The notes under the pieces are model-generated. The model saw only the letters and a list, made by a program, of their open reading frames with translations, searched no databases and was not told the origin of the DNA. Below are positions 28,442 to 36,270 of a stretch of DNA of 64,000 nt, piece after piece. This DNA is from an uncultured bacterium. GTDB lineage: Bacteria > Bacteroidota > Bacteroidia > Bacteroidales > Rikenellaceae. The DNA lies in NCBI GenBank assembly GCA_905214725.1, contig CAJMNH010000004.1, positions 143,441 through 207,440 of the forward strand, read 5' to 3'. Numbering within the stretch: position 1 is the stretch's first letter; each line of letters opens with the position of its first letter. A program made the translations under genes and the position numbers.

Positions 28442-31276
28442 ATGAATTTTTTTGGAATTTTGAAGCGATTTTCATTAAAATATCTCGCTGCAGCGCTGCT
28501 CGTCGTTCTCTTCACGGAGATGGTTTTCGGCTTTGCGCCCCACTCCGTCGTGCAGCGGCCCGAATCGGCGGCCGTCCTATCCGCCGACAGCGATTCGATC
28601 GGCGGCGACCGGCGCGCGCAACGCCTCTCGCGCCGTGAACGCCGTCGCATGCAACAGACCGCCGAGACGCAGCCCCGCTCGGTGCGGGACTCGCTTGCAG
28701 GCCCCGATTCGCTCCTGTTGCAAATGGATTCGCTCCTGCGTCCCGATTCCCTGCGAACGCACCCCGACTCGCTGCAACGCGACACGACCCGCCGCAAAAA
28801 AGAGGGCGGCGCTTTCCTCGAAGACATCATGAACGGCAAGAACACCGACTCGCTGGTCTACGATATCCGCAATAAGATGGTCTACATCTACAATCAGGGC
28901 GACATCAACTATCAGGAGATGAACCTCAAAGCCGACTTCATGCGGGTCAATATGGACACCAAGGAGATCTACGCCTACGGAAAGCCCGACACCGTGGAGG
29001 GGCAGCCCACGGTCACCCGCCCCGAGTTCACCGAAGGTTCGGCTTCGCCCTACAAGATGGACACCATCACCTACAACTTCAAGTCGGGCAAGGCCAAGAT
29101 CAAAGGCGTGGCGACGCAGGAAGGCGACGGTTGGCTCATCGGCGGCAGCGTGAAGAAGATGCCGGACAACAACATCAATATTCAGGGCGGCAAATACACC
29201 ACCTGCGACCATACGGATCACCCCCACTTCTATCTGGCCATGACCAAGGCGAAGGTGATTCCGGGCAAGAAGGTCGTTACCGGTCCGGCCTATCTGGTGA
29301 TGGAGGACGTGCCGATCTACTTCCTCGGCATTCCCGAAGGGTTCTTTCCCATCAGTTCGGGTCCCAAATCGGGCTTCCTGATGCCGACTTACGGCGAGGA
29401 CGGCCAGCGCGGATTCTTCTTCCGCGATTTCGGTTATTATTTTACGCTGAGTCAGCATATGGACCTCGCGCTTACGGCGGGTATCTATACCCTCGGATCA
29501 TGGGAAGGTGCGGCTGCGTCGCGTTATATCAAACGTTACAAATACTCCGGCAACCTCAACGCCCAGTATGCGAGCATCCGTACCGGAGAGAAGGGCGAAC
29601 CCGATTTTCTCGAGCAGAATACGTTCCGTTTGCAGTGGACCCATTCACAGGACCCGAAAGCCAATCCCGGTTCGACCTTCGCCGCCTCGGTGAACTTCGC
29701 CACGAGCGGCTACTCCAAATACGCGGCTACGACGCTCAACGACATTCTCCAGACGCAGACCAACTCGACGGTTTCCTATTCGAAAAACTGGGCGGGAACG
29801 CCCTTCTCCCTTTCGATGAACATGGCCGTGTCGCAGAACTCGCAGAACGCCACCATCTCGATGACGCTGCCCAACATCGTCTTCAACGTCTCGCGTTTCT
29901 ATCCCTTCAAACGACGGGAGGCGCAGGGCAAAGCGCGGTGGTACGAGAAGATCTCGATGCAGTACACCGGAAAGATGACCAACAGCGTTTCGACCACCGA
30001 ATCGCAGGTCTTCACCAAGGAGACGCTCAAAAACATGCGTAACGGCATCGAGCACTCGGTGCCTGTCACCGCGTCGTTCAACCTCTTCAACTACATCAAC
30101 ATTTCGCCGTCGTTCAACTACACCGAGAAGTGGTATTTCAAAAAGCAGGAGCGCGAGTGGAGCCCCGTGACCAACGAGGTGCGTTACCTCGAACCCGAAT
30201 ACGGCTTCTACCGGCTCTACAACTACACCACCTCGATGAGCGCCTCGACGACGATCTACGGCATGTATCAGTTCAAGAAAAAGACCAGCAAGATACAGGC
30301 TATCCGCCACACGCTGACCCCGTCGGTCGGATTCTCCTACGCCCCCGATTTCACGAAACAAAAATACGGTTACTACAAAACCGTCCAGACCGATTCCACC
30401 GGCAAGTTCCAAGTCTACTCACCCTTCGCCGACAACGCTTACGGCATTCCCAGTGCGGGCCGCAGCATGTCGATGAACTTCTCGCTGTCGCAGACGCTCG
30501 AAATGAAGGTGCTCTCGAAGCGCGACACCTCGGGCGTCAAGAAGATCAAGCTGATCGACAACCTCTCGATCAGCGCCTCATACAACTTTCTGGCCGACTC
30601 GATGAAGCTTTCGACCATCCCCGTGCAATTCCGCACGACGGTTTTCGGCACGAATTTCGGCATTCAGCTCAACGCGACGCTCGACCCTTACAAGGTGACG
30701 CCGCAGGGACGGCGCATCGACAAACTCTTCTTCCCTGGCCGTATCGTCTCGACCGGCTGGTCGTTCGGTTATACCTTCAAGTCGAGGCAGGACAACTCGA
30801 CGCCCGCAATCAACGACATCAACAGCATTCCGCCGGAGTACGCCAATCCTTTCTACGACCCCTACGGCATCCTCGATCCCGTGCTGCGACGACAGTACAT
30901 GGCGCAGTCGTATTACGATTTTTCACTGCCGTGGAACCTCGGTTTCAACTATACGGTCTCCTACTCGATCAACTACGTAAACAACGGAACGACAGGCTAC
31001 CGGAAAAACATCACGCAGAACGTCGGCTTCAACGGCAGCATCAACCTCACGCCCAAGATGGGCGTCACGTTCCAAGGCGGTTACGACCTCAAAGAGAACA
31101 AACTGACCACCTCGTCGGTCAGTATCTCGCGCGATCTGCACTGTTGGCAGATGTCCTTCTCATGGATCCCGTTCGGTTCCCACCGCAGCTGGAGTTTCAA
31201 CATCGGCGTCAAAGCCGCTTCGCTGGCCGATCTCAAATACGACAAGAGCCAGTCGATGTACGACAATATGTATTGA
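28442..31276 (+). CDS. Large outer-membrane protein, putative LPS-assembly protein LptD (Bacteroidota type)
   Basis: Start trimmed to MNFFGILKRFSLKYLAAALLVVLF. About 940 aa, beta-strand-rich with alternating aromatic pattern. C-terminal barrel-like region. Size and composition match Bacteroidota LptD-like proteins. Confidence 0.65.
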   Translation: MNFFGILKRFSLKYLAAALLVVLFTEMVFGFAPHSVVQRPESAAVLSADSDSIGGDRRAQRLSRRERRRMQQTAETQPRSVRDSLAGPDSLLLQMDSLLRPDSLRTHPDSLQRDTTRRKKEGGAFLEDIMNGKNTDSLVYDIRNKMVYIYNQGDINYQEMNLKADFMRVNMDTKEIYAYGKPDTVEGQPTVTRPEFTEGSASPYKMDTITYNFKSGKAKIKGVATQEGDGWLIGGSVKKMPDNNINIQGGKYTTCDHTDHPHFYLAMTKAKVIPGKKVVTGPAYLVMEDVPIYFLGIPEGFFPISSGPKSGFLMPTYGEDGQRGFFFRDFGYYFTLSQHMDLALTAGIYTLGSWEGAAASRYIKRYKYSGNLNAQYASIRTGEKGEPDFLEQNTFRLQWTHSQDPKANPGSTFAASVNFATSGYSKYAATTLNDILQTQTNSTVSYSKNWAGTPFSLSMNMAVSQNSQNATISMTLPNIVFNVSRFYPFKRREAQGKARWYEKISMQYTGKMTNSVSTTESQVFTKETLKNMRNGIEHSVPVTASFNLFNYINISPSFNYTEKWYFKKQEREWSPVTNEVRYLEPEYGFYRLYNYTTSMSASTTIYGMYQFKKKTSKIQAIRHTLTPSVGFSYAPDFTKQKYGYYKTVQTDSTGKFQVYSPFADNAYGIPSAGRSMSMNFSLSQTLEMKVLSKRDTSGVKKIKLIDNLSISASYNFLADSMKLSTIPVQFRTTVFGTNFGIQLNATLDPYKVTPQGRRIDKLFFPGRIVSTGWSFGYTFKSRQDNSTPAINDINSIPPEYANPFYDPYGILDPVLRRQYMAQSYYDFSLPWNLGFNYTVSYSINYVNNGTTGYRKNITQNVGFNGSINLTPKMGVTFQGGYDLKENKLTTSSVSISRDLHCWQMSFSWIPFGSHRSWSFNIGVKAASLADLKYDKSQSMYDNMY

Positions 31277-31395
31277 TCGGGCGCGAACGGTCATCGATAA
31301 AACCCGCGCCACCGCGGACGAATCGAGGCAACTCCTCCGACAGAAATCCCGCCGCACGCTATCGACCGGTCAGAAAAGCCCCGAAACCGGATACG

Positions 31396-31431
31396 AAAAG
31401 AGGCCGAGTATTGACTACTCGGCCTCTTTTT
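31396..31431. terminator. Bidirectional rho-independent terminator (A-tract / GC stem / T-tract)
   Basis: aaaagaggccgagta-ttgac-tactcggcctcttttt. Serves the LptD-like gene on plus and tRNA-Gln on minus. Confidence 0.7.
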
Positions 31432-31432
31432 G

Positions 31433-31503
31433 TTGAGCTACCCGGATTCGAACCAGGAAAAACAGGACCAGAATCTGTTGTGTTACCATTACACCATAGC
31501 TCA
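31433..31503 (-). tRNA. tRNA-Gln (anticodon CTG)
   Basis: Hand-folded 71-nt cloverleaf. 7-bp acceptor TGAGCTA/TAGCTCA with U1-A72, 4-bp D stem, T-arm CCTGG-TTCGAAT-CCGGG. Anticodon loop TTCTGGT, with one A-C mismatch closing the stem. No encoded CCA. Confidence 0.85.
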
Positions 31504-31742
31504 ATGTCCCACGGAACTACCCGTTCTACGTGCCCGCCCCGCCGGTATCGCATCTCCTGTTCCGAACAAACGCGGCGCGCGCCTTCCGAGGATCGATCCC
31601 ATTGGTTTGGTGATGCAAAAGTAGCACATAATTTTGCTTTGTGCAAGAAAAATACGAAAAAATTTTCTAATTTTGTTTTCGCTCATTTCGCCCGCCGACG
31701 GGAAATGACGCATAACGAACCGCACTCTATTAAACCTACATT

Positions 31743-33011
31743 ATGAATACAAAAATTCGCCTGACCCTGATGAACTTCCTCCAGTACGCAGTCTGGGGGT
31801 CCTATCTCACATCCATGGGTTCGTACCTCGTAACGGTCGGTCTCGCCTCAAAAATCGGCCTTTTCTATGCCATGCAGGGCATCGTCTCGCTCTTTATGCC
31901 GGCCGTCATCGGCATCATCGCCGACCGGTGGATTCCCGCGCAGCGTATGCTGGGCCTCTGTCACGTATTGGCCGCCGGCTTCATGGGCATGGCCGGCTGG
32001 TACGCCTTGTCGGCCGGCGAGGCGGTCGATTTCGGCACGCTCTTCACGCTCTACTCGCTCAGCGTCGCCTTCTATATGCCGACCATCGCCCTCTCGAATT
32101 CGGTCGCCTACTGCGTACTCGAACATGCGGGCTACGACACGGTCAAGGCCTTTCCGCCGATCCGCGTTTTCGGTACGGTCGGCTTCATCTGCGCCATGTT
32201 GCTCTGCGACGGTCTCGGATTCCAAACCACCTACATGCAGTTCATTCAATGCGCCGTGCTCGGCATCGTGCTGGGACTCTACTCCTTCACGCTGCCCCAC
32301 TGCCCGATCGACAACGCAGGCAACAAACAGTCGTTGGTCGATGCATTGGGACTGAAGGCTTTCGCACTGTTCAAACAGAAAAAGATGGCCTTGTTTTTCA
32401 TCTTCTCGATGCTGCTGGGCGTTTCGCTCCAGATCACCAACGGATTCGCCAACCCCTTTATCACCAGTTTCAAGGAGATTCCCGAATTCGCGCAGACCTT
32501 CGGCGCGAATCACGCCAATGCGCTGATCTCGCTCTCGCAGGTGTCGGAAACGCTCTGCATCCTGCTCATCCCCTTCTTCCTCAAACGGTTCGGCATCAAG
32601 CGCGTGATGCTCATCGCCATGTTCGCATGGGTATTACGTTTCGGGTTGTTCGGATTGGGCAACCCGGGCGGCGGCGTATGGATGTTCGTGCTCTCGATGA
32701 TCGTCTACGGCGTGGCGTTCGACTTCTTCAATATCTCGGGGTCGCTCTTCGTCAACAACGAAACCGACGAGAAGATCCGTTCCTCGGCGCAGGGGCTCTT
32801 CATGATCATGACCAACGGCGTCGGCGCCACCATTGGAACGCTCGGCGCACAGGCCGTCGTCAATCACTATGTCCTTTCGCAACAGACTCCGATCGCACAG
32901 ACGGCCGGCTGGTCGACTTCGTGGCTGATCTTCGCCGGTTACGCGCTTGCGGTGGCGGTCGTGTTCGCAATCGTATTCAGATACAACCACAATCCCGAAG
33001 CAATCAACTGA
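31743..33011 (+). CDS. nupG: Nucleoside:proton symporter (NupG/XapB family MFS)
   Basis: 422 aa. N-terminus MNTKIRLTLMNFLQYAVWGSYLTSMGSYL closely parallels E. coli NupG. Confidence 0.85.
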   Translation: MNTKIRLTLMNFLQYAVWGSYLTSMGSYLVTVGLASKIGLFYAMQGIVSLFMPAVIGIIADRWIPAQRMLGLCHVLAAGFMGMAGWYALSAGEAVDFGTLFTLYSLSVAFYMPTIALSNSVAYCVLEHAGYDTVKAFPPIRVFGTVGFICAMLLCDGLGFQTTYMQFIQCAVLGIVLGLYSFTLPHCPIDNAGNKQSLVDALGLKAFALFKQKKMALFFIFSMLLGVSLQITNGFANPFITSFKEIPEFAQTFGANHANALISLSQVSETLCILLIPFFLKRFGIKRVMLIAMFAWVLRFGLFGLGNPGGGVWMFVLSMIVYGVAFDFFNISGSLFVNNETDEKIRSSAQGLFMIMTNGVGATIGTLGAQAVVNHYVLSQQTPIAQTAGWSTSWLIFAGYALAVAVVFAIVFRYNHNPEAIN

Positions 33012-33025
33012 GAGGCCTGCATAAA

Positions 33026-33064
33026 AACGAAAAAGTTCCGGTAAGTTACCGGAACTTTTTCGTT
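33026..33064. terminator. Bidirectional terminator between convergent nupG and oxyR
   Basis: Near-perfect 19-nt arms aacgaaaaagttccggtaa / ttaccggaactttttcgtt. Confidence 0.7.
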
Positions 33065-33069
33065 CGGGG

Positions 33070-33984
33070 CTATAACCGAATTGCGAATTTGCGCAAATGA
33101 TCGTCGAGCATCCGCGCCGGAATAAGCTGTTTGATGACATCGGCCACGGCGTTGACCATCCGCTCGCGGATATAATCCCGCCGGATCAGAATCGAAATCT
33201 CCCGTACGGCGGGCGGCTCGATCGGTTCCACGTTGCCGCGCTGCTCGGCCGTCAGAAACGGCAGATGCAATTCGGGAATCACCGTATAACCGCCGTTGCG
33301 GTCGACGATCTTGATAAGCGTATCGATGCTTCCGGCCTCATAGGTATGGTTGTAAACGCCCGAAGAGCGGCAGAAATTGAAAACCTGATTGCGGGCGCAG
33401 TGTCCCTCCTGCAATACCCACAAATGATCGGGCGGCATATCGCCGGGTTTCAATGCACGATGCGGCTCATCGGGAGAGAAATAGGCGACGAACCGTTCAT
33501 AATAGAGCGGAATTTCCAGAAAATCGGGATCGCCCAACGGCGTGGAGAGGATCGCCATATCCAGCTCCCCTGAACGTAATTGCAGAAGCAGCATCTTCGT
33601 ACGCATCTCCTCCACAGTAAGCGCAACCGACGGGCATTCCGTCTGAAACCCATTGATGAATCCGGGAACCAGATAGGGCGCTACGGTCGGAATCACGCCC
33701 AGCCGGAGCTCCCCCGCCAGCTGCGTTTTCTCCCTGTCGAGCTGTTCCGAAATCCGATGCACCTCCTGCAATGCCGTCTCAGCCTGCCGGATGATGCGCC
33801 GCCCCATCTCGGTCGGTTCGACGGGATGCTTCGTACGGTCGAAAATCCGCACGCCGAGCTCCTCTTCCAATTTCTGAATCATTGCGCTCAAAGTCGGCTG
33901 CGAAATGCCGCAGGCCTCCGCCGCCTGCACGAAATGGCGATGCCGGTCGAGCGCCACGACGTATTCGAGTTGTTGCAAAGTCAT
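33070..33984 (-). CDS. oxyR: LysR-family redox regulator OxyR
   Basis: Only the C-terminal 304 aa of the 634-aa track ORF is real (ATG at 33984, MTLQQLEYVVALDRHRHF...). LysR HTH plus the OxyR redox pair in LQEGHCARNQVFNFC (C-x8-C). Divergent from a peroxiredoxin gene. Confidence 0.85.
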   Translation of the reverse strand: MTLQQLEYVVALDRHRHFVQAAEACGISQPTLSAMIQKLEEELGVRIFDRTKHPVEPTEMGRRIIRQAETALQEVHRISEQLDREKTQLAGELRLGVIPTVAPYLVPGFINGFQTECPSVALTVEEMRTKMLLLQLRSGELDMAILSTPLGDPDFLEIPLYYERFVAYFSPDEPHRALKPGDMPPDHLWVLQEGHCARNQVFNFCRSSGVYNHTYEAGSIDTLIKIVDRNGGYTVIPELHLPFLTAEQRGNVEPIEPPAVREISILIRRDYIRERMVNAVADVIKQLIPARMLDDHLRKFAIRL

Positions 33985-34018
33985 AATTATAGATTTTGTC
34001 GATATAAATATACAAAAT

Positions 34019-34043
34019 ATCTGTTTGATTGATAAAAACAGAT
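34019..34043. promoter_or_regulatory. Palindrome ATCTGTTT-N9-AAACAGAT, candidate OxyR/LysR operator
   Basis: Perfect 8-bp arms in the oxyR-peroxiredoxin divergent intergenic region, just upstream of the prx -7 box. Confidence 0.35.
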
Positions 34044-34047
34044 CCGC

Positions 34048-34055
34048 TATCTTTG
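34048..34055 (+). promoter_or_regulatory. -7 promoter box TATCTTTG for the peroxiredoxin operon
   Basis: 41 nt upstream of the ATG at 34096. Confidence 0.5.
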
Positions 34056-34095
34056 CAATAGAAAATAGAAACAAATCTTTAAAAAATAAAAAACC

Positions 34096-34806
34096 ATGGA
34101 AAATCAGGTAAACGTAATGCCGAGAATCGGCGAAAAGGCTCCTTCGTTCGAAGCAGTCACCACACAAGGTAAGATTCATTTCCCGGAGGATTACAAAGGC
34201 AAGTGGAAGATTCTGTTCAGCCATCCGGCCGACTTCACCCCCGTCTGCACCTCGGAATTCATGACCTTCGGCCGCATGTCCGACGAGTTCGAAGCGCTCA
34301 ACTGCCAGTTGGTAGGGCTCTCGGTAGACGGACTTTACAGCCACATCGCATGGCTGCGCACGATTCATGAGAAGATCGAGTACAAGGGGATGAAGGGTAT
34401 CGAGATCAAATTCCCGCTTATCGAGGACATTTCGATGAACGTCGCCAGACTCTACGGCATGATCCAGCCGGAAGAGAGCACCACCTCGGCCGTCCGCGCC
34501 GTCTTCTTCATCGACCCCGAAGGAATCATCCGCACGATTATGTACTACCCACTGTCGCTGGGTCGTAATTTCGACGAGATCAAGCGCGTCCTGATCGGAC
34601 TGCAAACCTCCGACCGCTTCAACGTGGCGCTGCCCGCCGACTGGCGTCCGGGCGACGAAGTGATCGTCCCGACGGCTGGATCGTGCGGCGTCGCCAAAAA
34701 CCGCATGGAAGGCAAAGAGGGCGAAATGCACTGCTACGACTGGTTCTTCTGCACGAAGCAACTCGCGCGCGAAACCGTCGAAAAGGAGCTGAACATCAAA
34801 AAGTAA
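34096..34806 (+). CDS. Peroxiredoxin (Prx6-like/archaeal-type, AhpC/TSA family)
   Basis: 236 aa. Peroxidatic Cys in HPADFTPVCTSE. C-terminal Cys pair CGVAKNRMEGKEGEMHC. Confidence 0.88.
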   Translation: MENQVNVMPRIGEKAPSFEAVTTQGKIHFPEDYKGKWKILFSHPADFTPVCTSEFMTFGRMSDEFEALNCQLVGLSVDGLYSHIAWLRTIHEKIEYKGMKGIEIKFPLIEDISMNVARLYGMIQPEESTTSAVRAVFFIDPEGIIRTIMYYPLSLGRNFDEIKRVLIGLQTSDRFNVALPADWRPGDEVIVPTAGSCGVAKNRMEGKEGEMHCYDWFFCTKQLARETVEKELNIKK

Positions 34807-34813
34807 CGTCCCC

Positions 34814-34996
34814 ATGAGCATTCGAGTCGACTCCGATCGCTGCCCGCAGGACCACCGCTGCCCGCTCATCGAACGCTGTCCGATGCAAGCGATTTCGCAA
34901 ACCGGAGAGAGGCTGCCGACGATCGATCCCCGCAAATGCATCGAATGCGGACTGTGCGTATCCGAATGTCCCAAGCACGCGATGCGATTCGAATAG
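34814..34996 (+). CDS. Small 4Fe-4S binding protein (60 aa)
   Basis: One canonical CIECGLCVSECP motif and one atypically spaced Cys run CPQDHRCPLIERCP. 7 nt downstream of the peroxiredoxin gene. Confidence 0.65.
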   Translation: MSIRVDSDRCPQDHRCPLIERCPMQAISQTGERLPTIDPRKCIECGLCVSECPKHAMRFE

Positions 34997-35034
34997 TTCC
35001 TGCAAGCAGCATCCGTCCCGGACTCGCCAAACGA

Positions 35035-35070
35035 AGAGAGGGCAGCGACAAAACGCTGCCCTCTCTTTTT
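35035..35070 (+). terminator. Rho-independent terminator after the prx-ferredoxin pair
   Basis: agagagggcagcg-acaaaa-cgctgccctctct followed by TTTT. Confidence 0.7.
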
Positions 35071-35080
35071 CCACCGGTCG

Positions 35081-35872
35081 CTACCGGTCGAACAGCGCGT
35101 TCAACACCTTCGCCAGACGATAACCCGACAGCACGAGCTGATACTCCGCAAACGGCGCGTGCGCATTGTAAAACTCCTGTCCCAGTTCGTCGCCCGGGCG
35201 CACCCAGTCGTAGATTTCATGACAACGCCGCGCCGACTCCTCGAACCACTCGACGGGCGTCCCCTCCGTCATACGGGCGATCTCCTCCTCGGAATAGTTG
35301 TCCAACGCATGGCGGTAATCCTGAAATCCCCAGAATTTATGACGGCTGTCGAGCAGCTGTCCGTCCCAAATCTTGTGATAGTTGGTCTCGACGCCATGTA
35401 ACTTGACCGGAAATTTTCCGAGCGTCATGTTGTCGGGATAGTAATAGACGTGCGCCGGACAGTGCATGTCGCCGAGCAGGTGCACCAGATATTTAATATG
35501 CACCAGCACCGTCGAATCGTCCAGTTTCTCGTATTCGGAGAGCAGCGCCATCGACCGCTCGACGGCCTCGACGCAGTCGCCTTTCGAGCCCGACGTCTCG
35601 CGCACGGCCGGAGTGCTTCGGAAATCCGCATCGACCGTTCCGGCATGCCAGTGCGTTGTGAATTCATACCCTTTCGAATGACGCCATTCGTCCATCCAAG
35701 AGGCGTAGTAGACGATCGAATGGTGGTCGGTATACCGCATGATATTGGCTTTGGCCCGCGGCGTAAGGTGATGTTCCGCGATGCAGGCGATCGCGGCATG
35801 ACCGGCCAGTCCGAAGGCGCGGAGTTCGCGTGCGGCCAGCAGGGCGAAAAGAATCAGAATCAGTTTCTTCAT
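35081..35872 (-). CDS. S1/P1 nuclease family protein
   Basis: The track start at 36034 is TTG. The real start is the ATG at 35872 (MKKLILILFALLAARELRAFGLAGH...). Mature N-terminus (F)GxxGH, HWH, and HLLGDMHCPAH zinc-ligand motifs typical of S1/P1 nucleases. Confidence 0.8.
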   Translation of the reverse strand: MKKLILILFALLAARELRAFGLAGHAAIACIAEHHLTPRAKANIMRYTDHHSIVYYASWMDEWRHSKGYEFTTHWHAGTVDADFRSTPAVRETSGSKGDCVEAVERSMALLSEYEKLDDSTVLVHIKYLVHLLGDMHCPAHVYYYPDNMTLGKFPVKLHGVETNYHKIWDGQLLDSRHKFWGFQDYRHALDNYSEEEIARMTEGTPVEWFEESARRCHEIYDWVRPGDELGQEFYNAHAPFAEYQLVLSGYRLAKVLNALFDR

Positions 35873-36270
35873 TTTTTTCGATTGTGTTTGATGAACATGA
35901 ATCCGGCGCACGATTTTCAAGCGCACGATTCGTATCGAATCCACGTTCGGATAAATACTCGGTTTCAGGTAAGTCGCAGCCGTTCTCGCCGTCGGACGGA
36001 ACCGTCGGCGCGGCTTCTCCTCGGCAGGGTGCAATCGGTTCTATCCCATAGGCATTCAGGTTTAGGTCGGTTCGATAGGAGGATTCCGCACCGCACTCGG
36101 TCGCGGTATATACCGACAGCCGATCCGAAAACTCCTCATATATAACAACACCTTCACGGCAAAATACCCTATTCGGAAACAAAAAAACATCCTTGCCGCC
36201 CGATCTGCTCCGTAACGCAACGGAGCCGAATCCCGCAGGATTCGGCTCCGCCGTTTTCGGACACGCCGGT

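Noticed and set aside
29131-31746. Alternative-frame plus ORFs 29131-30042 and 30130-31746 inside and beyond the LptD-like gene
   Set aside because: Out-of-frame overlaps with Arg/Pro/His-rich composition. The second also runs through the tRNA and terminator.
33985-34974. N-terminal 330 aa of the 634-aa track ORF 33070-34974
   Set aside because: It reads antisense through the peroxiredoxin gene and the AT-rich intergenic region. The LysR HTH begins exactly at the internal ATG at 33984.
35664-36182. 172-aa minus ORF (TTG start) spanning the spacer and the 5-prime end of the nuclease gene
   Set aside because: Non-ATG start. It overlaps the well-supported nuclease gene by about 200 nt out of frame, and I recognise no motif. 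Kept only as a note under the spacer finding.
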